From: Deltaproteobacteria bacterium
GTDB lineage: Bacteria; UBA10199; 2-02-FULL-44-16
Reading direction: 5' to 3'
DNA length: 41,061 nt
Assembly: GCA_016202335.1 (NCBI GenBank)
Contig: JACQOX010000075.1
Location: forward strand, 1 to 41,061
The notes beneath the pieces were generated by a model. It did no database searches, had not been told where the DNA came from, and saw only the letters and a list, made by a program, of their open reading frames with translations. Within the stretch, counting starts at the first letter, position 1; each line of letters opens with the position of its first letter. This document shows positions 34,369 through 41,061 of the stretch, in pieces. The position numbers and the translations under genes were made by a program.

Positions 34369-35068
34369 TAATCCCTTCCATGGGCACAAACGTCGCTGCG
34401 TCGAGTTCCTGTACAAGTTTTAATTGGTGGTGTTGCTTCGTGTAGACCAATAAACGCTGGAAGCGTTTATCACTGCCCAAGGGAAGCACGATGCGGCCCC
34501 CTTCTTTGAGTTGTTCCACGAGTGGGGATGGGACATTGTCCGGTGAGCAAGTCAGGATAATGCTGTCAAAAGGAGCTTCAGAGGGGATGCCTTTGAATCC
34601 ATCGCCAAAATAGACTTTCACATTTTGATAGCCGAGCCGTTCCAATCTTTGACGTGATGACGTCGCCAACGGCTCCAAGATTTCAATGGTGTGCACTTCT
34701 TTGGCGAGTGGGCTCATGAGTGCCGCGACATAGCCAGCACCTGTTCCCACTTCGAGCACTTTGTCCCCCGGTTGAATGTTCATGGCCTTGATCATCATAG
34801 CGTCTTCATACGGACGGTCCAAGTTTTGCCCTTCGCCGATCGGAACTTCCAAATCATCATAGGCCTTGTGGCGGAATGCGGGGAGGACAAATTCTTCTCG
34901 TTTCGTCATCCGAAAGGTTTTAAGGATGGGTTCATCTGTGATCCCGCGCCAAATGAGTTGGCGCTGAATCATCTGTTCGCGTTTGTCTTCGAGGGAGGCC
35001 TGCCGAGAACACGAAGTGAAGAGGAGAAGGGAGCAGAATGCGATCAGAAGTTTGGAATGTAATTTCAT
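34349..35068 (-). CDS. pcm: Protein-L-isoaspartate O-methyltransferase with an N-terminal signal peptide or lipoprotein signal.
   Basis: The SAM motif is VLEVGTGAGYVAALM, with post-motifs PFDSIILTCS and GGRIVLPLG. The N-terminus is MKLHSKLLIAFCSLLLFTSC. Its 3' end overlaps the giant gene by 20 nt in convergent orientation. Confidence 0.85.
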   Translation of the reverse strand: MKLHSKLLIAFCSLLLFTSCSRQASLEDKREQMIQRQLIWRGITDEPILKTFRMTKREEFVLPAFRHKAYDDLEVPIGEGQNLDRPYEDAMMIKAMNIQPGDKVLEVGTGAGYVAALMSPLAKEVHTIEILEPLATSSRQRLERLGYQNVKVYFGDGFKGIPSEAPFDSIILTCSPDNVPSPLVEQLKEGGRIVLPLGSDKRFQRLLVYTKQHHQLKLVQELDAATFVPMEGIIKEKTK

Positions 35069-35155
35069 ACAGATATCATAACTGCATTATCAATAGGGTC
35101 AATTGTTCGTTGACGGCGGAGTTGAGAGTCTTTTATTTGGAGTGAGGGAGGATAT

Positions 35156-35959
35156 ATGAAAAAAATATATATTTTATGGATGAGCATGCTGGTGATGGCG
35201 TTGGGATGCGCGAAAGACGTGGTCAGTGGGAAATCTACGCTCAATTATTACAGCCTCAAGGATGAACCCAAGTTCGGCAATGAAGTGCTGGTCTCGCAAG
35301 TTCAGGCGCTGAAGGAAAAAGGGAAAACCGTTGATACATCGACGAATGCCCACGAGCTCGCACGCCTTCGTAACATCGTCGGTCGACTTTCCAAGGTCTC
35401 GCATTATCCCGATTTCCCGTATGAAGTGCACCTCGCTGACGTCGATGTCGTGAATGCCTGGTGTGCTCCCGGTGGGAAAATCATGGTATACACAGGATTG
35501 TGGGATTCCCAAAAAGGTTTGGTTCAGAAGGGCAATGACGCGGAGATCGCTGCGGTCTTAGGGCATGAGATCGCTCATGCGACGGCGCGCCATGTGACCG
35601 AGTCACTCAGTCGCAACATGACGATCGCGGTCGCGGGCAGTGTGGCGCAAAGCGCGATCGGTGCTGGGTCTGCACAGGGAGCGGATCTTTTCGGAGAAGT
35701 TTTTGTGCAGGGTATGAACGTCTTTGTGCCGAGCTATTCGCGCAAAAATGAGCTGGAAGCGGATCGTCTGGGCCTCATGTACATGGCCAAGGCGGGCTAT
35801 GATCCTCGGGCAGCGCTCAAGCTCTGGCAGCGGGCTGCGTCCAAACGCGGGGATTCCACCAGCATCTATGCTTCGCATCCCTCCGATGGCACCCGTGCCA
35901 AACAGATTGAAGAACTGCTGCCGGAAGCTTTGAAGGAATATGAGAAGGCGAGGAAGTAG
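35156..35959 (+). CDS. M48-family zinc metalloprotease, probable lipoprotein (YcaL/LoiP-like).
   Basis: The HExxH site is HEIAHATARH, with a downstream ELEADRLG motif. The N-terminus MKKIYILWMSMLVMALGC is lipobox-like. The ribosome-binding site is GAGGGAGGA. Confidence 0.85.
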   Translation: MKKIYILWMSMLVMALGCAKDVVSGKSTLNYYSLKDEPKFGNEVLVSQVQALKEKGKTVDTSTNAHELARLRNIVGRLSKVSHYPDFPYEVHLADVDVVNAWCAPGGKIMVYTGLWDSQKGLVQKGNDAEIAAVLGHEIAHATARHVTESLSRNMTIAVAGSVAQSAIGAGSAQGADLFGEVFVQGMNVFVPSYSRKNELEADRLGLMYMAKAGYDPRAALKLWQRAASKRGDSTSIYASHPSDGTRAKQIEELLPEALKEYEKARK

Positions 35960-36148
35960 CATCCTTCCATTGACGTCTGCTTGAGCCTATGATTTGAGGT
36001 TCTTCACTTGGTTCGGCCTGTTCAAAATGAGCCAGATGCGAGGCGCCCCGACGAAAAAGACCGCAGCGTACTTTTGATGGTACGTGAGGATCTTTCGAGG
36101 AAGGGGCAACAAAGCAGATGGCCATTTTCAACAGGCCGCCTTAAGATT

Positions 36149-36220
36149 GGCGGCGTAGCAAAGGGGTAATGCAGCGGTCTGCAAAACCGCTATACACCGG
36201 TTCGACTCCGGTCGCCGCCT
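36149..36220 (+). tRNA. tRNA-Cys (anticodon GCA).
   Basis: I folded a manual cloverleaf. The acceptor stem is GGCGGCG/CGCCGCC. The anticodon stem is GCGGT/ACCGC with loop CTGCAAA. The T arm is ACCGG-TTCGACT-CCGGT and the discriminator is T. CCA is not encoded. Confidence 0.9.
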
Positions 36221-36241
36221 CAAATTTTTTCGGAGGGTGAA

Positions 36242-36703
36242 ATGATCAGTGGTGGAATTTGCGATTCTGGAGTGCTTGGAAATGGGCCCCTTGCCGGTGT
36301 CAATCAACGTACCTATTACGTTGACCTGAATAAAGATGGATTAAGTGATGAAGTTATTTACACGGGAAACTTCAGCAGGGGGATGTGCGGGACCGCCAAA
36401 GAACTTGTTGATCAGCAGTGGGAAATTCATTTTAAAAGGCCAGATGGATCTGAGTTTGTCGTTATTTCAAAAGATGATCATTTTACCCTTTATCAACCAG
36501 GTCTGAAAATTGGATCATTTACCCTCGGTAAAATTGCAGGACTTTCACGCTGGGGGGAACTGAATGATCAGTGGCGTATTACTTCAGCAACGGTTTCGCT
36601 TGAACCTGATTTCCGTGAGTTCACTTTTGGCAGGCTTGGCTTCACATGGGCGTTACATGGGAGCTGGCTTGCGGAACGTTCGACGGTTACAAATAAAAAA
36701 TAA
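36242..36703 (+). CDS. Hypothetical protein (153 aa) with one FG-GAP-like DxNxDGxxD loop.
   Basis: GGAGGGTGAA precedes ATG 36242. The loop is DLNKDGLSDEVIY. The gene is visibly more AT-rich than its neighbours and sits between two tRNA genes. Confidence 0.6.
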   Translation: MISGGICDSGVLGNGPLAGVNQRTYYVDLNKDGLSDEVIYTGNFSRGMCGTAKELVDQQWEIHFKRPDGSEFVVISKDDHFTLYQPGLKIGSFTLGKIAGLSRWGELNDQWRITSATVSLEPDFREFTFGRLGFTWALHGSWLAERSTVTNKK

Positions 36704-36767
36704 ATCCCCCTTTGATGGGAACGCGCAATTACCTTAAGGAAAATCTCTCGTTTTTTTCAAATGACGC

Positions 36768-36853
36768 GCCCGGATGATGGAATTGGTAGACATACAGGAC
36801 TTAAAATCCTGAGGGGAGAAATCCCCGTGCCGGTTCGAGTCCGGCTCCGGGCA
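36768..36853 (+). tRNA. tRNA-Leu (anticodon TAA), class II with a long variable arm.
   Basis: The acceptor stem is GCCCGGA/TCCGGGC. The anticodon stem is CAGGA/TCCTG with loop CTTAAAA. The variable arm is GGGGAGAAATCCCC. The T arm is GCCGG-TTCGAGT-CCGGC and the discriminator is A. Confidence 0.92.
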
Positions 36854-36910
36854 CAAAATTAGGCTTCTCAAACAGCAATGGGGGAGATACGCCCGAATCA
36901 AGGAGGAGCT

Positions 36911-37555
36911 ATGACAACATCTTACGAGATTCTGGAAGCGCTTTCATGGCGCTATGCCACGAAAAAATTCGACCCCACCAAAACTCTGTCGCAAGACGAC
37001 GTTGCCTTTCTGCTTGAGACCATGCGCATGGCGCCCACGTCGTACGGCCTTCAGCCGTGGAAGGCGTTTGTCGTCACCAATCCTGAATTGCGTCAAAAAC
37101 TTCTGCCGGTTTCTTACAACCAACCCAAAGTCGTTGATGCATCACATTTTGTGGTGATCGCAGTTCCCACGACAATTGATAGCTCGTACATTGATCGTTA
37201 CCTTGAGTTCACTGCGAAGACACGAGAGGTGAAGGTTTCAGAACTCACTGAATTTGGAAGTATGATGAAAGGCTTCATCAAGGGCAAAACATCCGAGGAG
37301 CTTCGCCAGTGGGCGGCTCGCCAGGCCTACATTGCGCTTGGCTTTCTGCTGGAATCCACAGCGCTTTGTCGGATCGATGCCTGTCCCATGGAAGGATTCA
37401 TTCCTCAGAGGGTCGATGAGATTTTAAATCTTTCTTCCAAGGGTTATGCCAGCGTGGTGGCGTGTGCGTTGGGAACCAGGGCCGCTGATGATGCTTTCAT
37501 GAAACTCAAAAAAGTTCGTTACCCAACAGACGTGATGTTTGAACTCATGGAGTGA
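36911..37555 (+). CDS. Nitroreductase-family NAD(P)H-dependent oxidoreductase.
   Basis: AAGGAGGAG precedes ATG 36911. Matching motifs are RYATKKFD, MAPTSYGLQPW, IDACPMEGF and KVRYP. The ORF-track start at 36878 lacks a ribosome-binding site. Confidence 0.8.
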   Translation: MTTSYEILEALSWRYATKKFDPTKTLSQDDVAFLLETMRMAPTSYGLQPWKAFVVTNPELRQKLLPVSYNQPKVVDASHFVVIAVPTTIDSSYIDRYLEFTAKTREVKVSELTEFGSMMKGFIKGKTSEELRQWAARQAYIALGFLLESTALCRIDACPMEGFIPQRVDEILNLSSKGYASVVACALGTRAADDAFMKLKKVRYPTDVMFELME

Positions 37556-37560
37556 ATTTC

Positions 37561-38226
37561 ATGGAATTTCAGCAGAACTCATTTCATCAATTCTTGCTCG
37601 AAAATAAAGTCGTAGGTTTTTTTGAAAAGCCCATCACGCTGAAATCCGGTCGCCAATCCTCATGGTACGTGAATTGGCGCAAAGTCGCCGGCGATGTGTA
37701 TTTATTGGATCGACTGGCGGACTTCGTCTTGGCATTCGTCAAAACAAAGCACCTCGATCCGGATGTCTTTTACGGTGTTCCTGAAGGTGCCACCAAACTG
37801 GGACTCATCGCCACCTACAAATGGGCCAAGGATCAATCGACGTTTGCAGCAGGTAGCCATGCCTTCCCCATGGGACGGGCAAAGCCCAAGGAACACGGTG
37901 ATCCGGCCGATCGTTTTTTTGTGGGAGCCCCACGCGGTCGGGTTGTGGTGCTTGAAGATGTGACGACGACGGGCGGATCTCTCTTGGAAACATTGGCGTT
38001 CCTGGCAGAGGCAAAGGTCAACGTGATTGCAGCCATTGGGGTCACCAATCGCGGCGAGCAGCGGGCCGATGGAAAAACTGTCACCGAAGCCTTGGCAGAA
38101 AAAGGAATTCCCTATTTGGCGATGAGCGAAGCCAAAGACTTTTTGCGCGAGGCCGTGCAATTTATCAAACCACCTGAGGCCCTTATTCAAAGCGTTGAAG
38201 CCGAGATTGGAGCGAGTTTACGATGA
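37561..38226 (+). CDS. pyrE: Orotate phosphoribosyltransferase (type I PRTase).
   Basis: The PRPP-binding loop is VVVLEDVTTTGGSLLETL. The N-terminus has LKSGRQSSWYVNWR. GGAG lies 8 nt upstream of ATG 37561, and GTG 37552 is an alternative start. Confidence 0.8.
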   Translation: MEFQQNSFHQFLLENKVVGFFEKPITLKSGRQSSWYVNWRKVAGDVYLLDRLADFVLAFVKTKHLDPDVFYGVPEGATKLGLIATYKWAKDQSTFAAGSHAFPMGRAKPKEHGDPADRFFVGAPRGRVVVLEDVTTTGGSLLETLAFLAEAKVNVIAAIGVTNRGEQRADGKTVTEALAEKGIPYLAMSEAKDFLREAVQFIKPPEALIQSVEAEIGASLR

Positions 38227-38930
38227 TCATGAATCAAACCAGAAGCCTTATCCCTGCATGTGATCTCGATGTGGAGCAGTATGAAAAACTTCTCAAAGAG
38301 ACCGGAAACCATCCTGGCATCGGTGCCTATAAAATCGGCTTTATGTTAGGCCTCAGCATTGGTCTGCCGCGTGCGGTGGAAATTGCACGAAAATATACCG
38401 ACAAACCTCTCATCTATGATCACCAAAAAGCCGCGACGGATATTCCCGATACGGGGAAAAAGTTTTGCAAAGTGTGCAAAGACGCTGGCATCGATGTGGT
38501 GATTTTCTTTCCGCAAGCCGGTCCTGAAACCGAGAAAGCCTGGATCACAGCAGCTCGCGAAGAAGAATTGGGGGTGATCGTCGGTGGTCTCATGACCCAC
38601 AAATCCTATGCCCGTTCGGACGGTGGTTGGATTGCCGACGAAGCGATTATGGAAATGTACCGTACCGCCGCAAAGCTCGGCGTTTCAGATTACGTCGTGC
38701 CCGGAACAAAACCGCAGGAAACGGTAAAAATTCGCGACATGCTGGCGCTTGAAGGCATCGATCACTCGTTTTATTCGCCAGGGCTTGGCGCTCAAGGGGG
38801 CGATATCGCTCAAGCTGCCAAGGCTGCAGGCGCTAAGTTTCACGCCATTATCGGGCGGTCGCTCTATAATGCGAAGGATATGCGATCAGCCGCCGATGCT
38901 TTGTATCATGAACTCATCCAAGGAGCTTAA
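38223..38930 (+). CDS. pyrF: Orotidine 5'-phosphate decarboxylase-family protein, archaeal-like subfamily, with an atypical active-site motif spacing.
   Basis: The sequence appears collinear with my recollection of Methanothermobacter-type OMPDC (LIPACDL, YKIGF, SPGLGAQGGD, IIGRSLY). The Asp-x-Lys-x-x-Asp region reads DHQKAATD. It has an ATGA overlap with pyrE. Confidence 0.75.
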   Translation: MIMNQTRSLIPACDLDVEQYEKLLKETGNHPGIGAYKIGFMLGLSIGLPRAVEIARKYTDKPLIYDHQKAATDIPDTGKKFCKVCKDAGIDVVIFFPQAGPETEKAWITAAREEELGVIVGGLMTHKSYARSDGGWIADEAIMEMYRTAAKLGVSDYVVPGTKPQETVKIRDMLALEGIDHSFYSPGLGAQGGDIAQAAKAAGAKFHAIIGRSLYNAKDMRSAADALYHELIQGA

Positions 38931-39479
38931 GTGAACATCAAAACCGGAAGCGTCCACTCTTTTCATGGCCGCGATGTCGAAGTCCTGTTTTCCCGCGATG
39001 ACATTACCTCTCGACTTCAGGCGCTCGCAAAAGACATTGAAAAAGATTATCACGGCAAAGAGCTGGTGGTGGTCGGTGTTTTAAAAGGTTCGTTTCTTTT
39101 TATGGCGGATCTTGTTCGCTGCATCTCTTTGCCGCTGACCTGCGATTTCCTGCGTGTTTCCAGCTATGAAGGGGAGCACAGCACCGGCGATGTGCGCATG
39201 GAATTTGACATGACCCAACCGATTCACGGCAAAGATGTGTTATTGGTGGAAGATATCGTCGATACCGGGAATACCCTGCGCCACTTGCTTTCGCACCTGA
39301 AAGCCAAGCAACCGAGCAGCCTGCGCGTGGCAAGCCTTCTTTTTAAAGAAACGGGCCGCAATGGTCGCAGCCTCGTCGACTACATTGCCTTCGAAGTCCC
39401 CAATCGCTTTGTCGTGGGATATGGCCTGGATTACGAAGGGCAGTTTCGATCTCTGCCCTTCGTCGGCGCGTTTATCTAA
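38931..39479 (+). CDS. hpt: Hypoxanthine(-guanine) phosphoribosyltransferase.
   Basis: GTG start directly after the pyrF stop. Matching motifs are VVVGVLKGSFLFMADL, VLLVEDIVDTGNTL and VVGYGLDY. Confidence 0.9.
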   Translation: MNIKTGSVHSFHGRDVEVLFSRDDITSRLQALAKDIEKDYHGKELVVVGVLKGSFLFMADLVRCISLPLTCDFLRVSSYEGEHSTGDVRMEFDMTQPIHGKDVLLVEDIVDTGNTLRHLLSHLKAKQPSSLRVASLLFKETGRNGRSLVDYIAFEVPNRFVVGYGLDYEGQFRSLPFVGAFI

Positions 39480-39485
39480 TTTTTG

Positions 39486-40958
39486 TTATTCCACTCCGTG
39501 CATTAACTTCTTCAAAAATGGCCGAATGATAAAGAGGAAGGCTGCGATCGCTAATGCCAACCACGTGATGGTTTCAAACACGTGCGTGTAGATCGGCAGG
39601 GATTGAACGGCACTGACGGTCTCCATGCCTTCGATTTCTCCGCTGACCTGCGTGAGTTTCGCAAACAATGCAGCCACGTGTTGACCAAAGGAGATGCTGA
39701 GGAACCAAGCACCCATCACGGTGCCTACGGCATGGACCGGTGCGAGCTTGGTCACCGCTGAAAGGCCGACGGGTGAAATACAGATTTCGCCGGTGGTGTG
39801 AAGCAGGTAGGCCAGCACCAGCCAGATAAAGGCGGTCATGCCGGTGTCTTTCGCAAATGCTGCGCCGATGACGAGGGCGCCGAAGCCAAGACCCACCTGA
39901 GCGATGCCCAAGACAAATTTGGTGGGAATCGATGGTTGTTTTCTGCGTCGACTCAAGTCAATCCACATCTGCGCAAAAAACGGCGACAAGAAGATAATAA
40001 AGAGCGGGTTGATTGATTGCGTGACAGATGCTGGAACGCGCCAGCCAAAGAAATCGCCGACATTGCGATCAGCAAACAGCGTCAACGAGCTCCCTGCCTG
40101 TTCAAAGAAGGCCCAGAACATGGTGTGAAAAATCATCAAGATGATGACGGAAAGAAGTCGTTCCCGACCGACCTTTTCCGTGGTGACAGCGACGTAGATC
40201 AAGAAGAGTACGGTGGCGATCGTCGTGACGTACAGTGATGCGGAGATGATCTGATTGTACACCAAGGCGATGGCCAAGATCGGAACGGCGATGACGCATG
40301 CTGCGTATAAAGTGTGAACGCGGGTGAGTTTTCCCAAGAAGGGTGCCGTGATTTTTTCTGGCGCCGGGGGTTCGCCAATACCCTGTAAGTGTTTTTGACC
40401 GCGGAGGAAGACGATGAGCCCCAACAACATGCCGATGCCGGCCAATGCAAAACCATAGTGCCAACCATAGTTTTCACCAATAATACCGCAGGCGAGTGGT
40501 GAGAGAAATGCGCCAACGTTGATGCCCATGTAGAAGATCGTAAAACCTGAGTCTCGTCGCGGATCGCCTTGGGGATAGAGTTTTCCAACGATGCTGGAAA
40601 TGTTGGGTTTCAAGAAACCGACGCCGCAACAGATGAGAGCCAGGGCGATGTAGAAAAACATCTGCGAAGGAAAGGCCATGAGAAAATGACCGATGGCCAG
40701 CAAAATGGCTCCCAGCGTGATTGCACGGCGATAGCCCAGCAATCGATCGGCCAACAGACCACCCAAAATCGGCAATGCGTAGACCATGGCGGTATAGGCG
40801 CCATAGACTCCATAGGCCTTGGAGTCGCTGTAAATGAGCTGTTTGGTCATGTAGAGGACGAGCAGGGCGCGCATGCCGTAAAAGCTGAAGCGTTCCCACA
40901 TTTCGGTCATGAACAGGACGTAAAGACCTTTAGGGTGACTGTCGCGAAAAAATTTCAT
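39486..40958 (-). CDS. POT/PTR2-family di-/tripeptide:proton symporter (MFS).
   Basis: PTR2 signatures are present (ERFSFYGMRALLVLYM and FYMGINVGAFLSP). It has about 14 TM segments. AGGAGG lies 6 nt upstream of ATG 40958. Confidence 0.92.
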   Translation of the reverse strand: MKFFRDSHPKGLYVLFMTEMWERFSFYGMRALLVLYMTKQLIYSDSKAYGVYGAYTAMVYALPILGGLLADRLLGYRRAITLGAILLAIGHFLMAFPSQMFFYIALALICCGVGFLKPNISSIVGKLYPQGDPRRDSGFTIFYMGINVGAFLSPLACGIIGENYGWHYGFALAGIGMLLGLIVFLRGQKHLQGIGEPPAPEKITAPFLGKLTRVHTLYAACVIAVPILAIALVYNQIISASLYVTTIATVLFLIYVAVTTEKVGRERLLSVIILMIFHTMFWAFFEQAGSSLTLFADRNVGDFFGWRVPASVTQSINPLFIIFLSPFFAQMWIDLSRRRKQPSIPTKFVLGIAQVGLGFGALVIGAAFAKDTGMTAFIWLVLAYLLHTTGEICISPVGLSAVTKLAPVHAVGTVMGAWFLSISFGQHVAALFAKLTQVSGEIEGMETVSAVQSLPIYTHVFETITWLALAIAAFLFIIRPFLKKLMHGVE

Positions 40959-40971
40959 CTCGAACCTCCTA

Positions 40972-41061
40972 TTATGATGTCATGGCGCGAATGGTGCGAA
41001 TGAGTCCACCGACCGAATTAAAGGTGTCGTCGACCGCAGTTGGTTCGTAGCCGCAGTGGAC
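40972..41061 (-). CDS. Possible 3' end of an upstream gene running off the right edge (30 codons seen).
   Basis: The - strand reads ...VHCGYEPTAVDDTFNSVGGLIRTIRAMTS* with TAA at 40972-40974, immediately before the transporter's ribosome-binding site. The fragment is too short to identify. Confidence 0.3.
   Translation of the reverse strand, partial: VHCGYEPTAVDDTFNSVGGLIRTIRAMTS

Noticed and set aside
35817-36131. A 104-aa - strand ORF spanning the M48 3' end and the 190-nt spacer upstream of tRNA-Cys. I also looked for an ncRNA or promoter in 35960-36148.
   Set aside because: The ORF overlaps the M48 gene antisense, has no ribosome-binding site and has Arg/Trp/Cys-rich junk composition. 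I could not find a convincing -35/-10 pair or a conserved structure in the spacer by eye, so nothing is called.
36149-36853. A genomic island integrated at the tRNA-Cys/tRNA-Leu pair.
   Set aside because: The interval holds only one 153-aa ORF. I found no integrase, no direct repeat of a tRNA 3' end and no mobility genes. It is reported only as a compositional oddity.
40569-41003. A 144-aa + strand ORF across the POT transporter 5' region.
   Set aside because: It is antisense to a strongly supported transporter gene, has no ribosome-binding site and has shadow-ORF composition.

Overview
This is a 41-kb chromosomal window, roughly 50-55% GC by eye. I found no rRNA, CRISPR array, transposase, integrase or reverse transcriptase. 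It likely comes from a proteobacterium-like, possibly Myxococcota/Bdellovibrionota-type, lineage. That inference rests on rpsA-ihfB-lapA synteny, a Myxococcus-type Cys-rich repeat and a MYXO-CTERM-like tail on a giant secreted protein.

Most of the window is housekeeping. On the + strand: rpsA, sppA, ihfB, HIT and a lapA-like gene; meaB-mutS; a long co-directional block of miaB, BFN nuclease, gamma-CA, tilS, ftsH, folP, pdxJ, acpS, nnrD, tsaE and lysC; then nitroreductase, pyrE, a pyrF-like gene and hpt. On the - strand: two tandem OPT oligopeptide transporters and a POT peptide transporter. tRNA-Cys(GCA) and tRNA-Leu(UAA) flank a small AT-richer ORF.

Items not explained by ordinary annotation:
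1. A 640-650-aa protein built from five tandem 73-aa (219-bp) repeats. Variation is confined to a few positions. It lies directly upstream of a beta-CASP RNase that appears to be leaderless.
2. A translationally coupled four-gene orphan operon (7695-9849, - strand) encoding three small hydrophobic-segment plus helical-tail proteins and one 252-aa protein. A perfect 31-bp palindrome sits in its divergent control region.
3. mutS runs without a stop codon into a signal-peptide/TPR/AMIN/amidase_3 cell-wall amidase, giving one 1346-codon ORF. mutS also carries an in-frame 28-bp perfect palindrome.
4. A 1552-aa secreted FG-GAP/Cys-rich protein with a C-terminal sorting-signal-like tail.
5. A lipoprotein-type isoaspartyl methyltransferase paired with an M48 lipoprotein protease.

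All functional calls come from motif recognition by eye. No searches were run.
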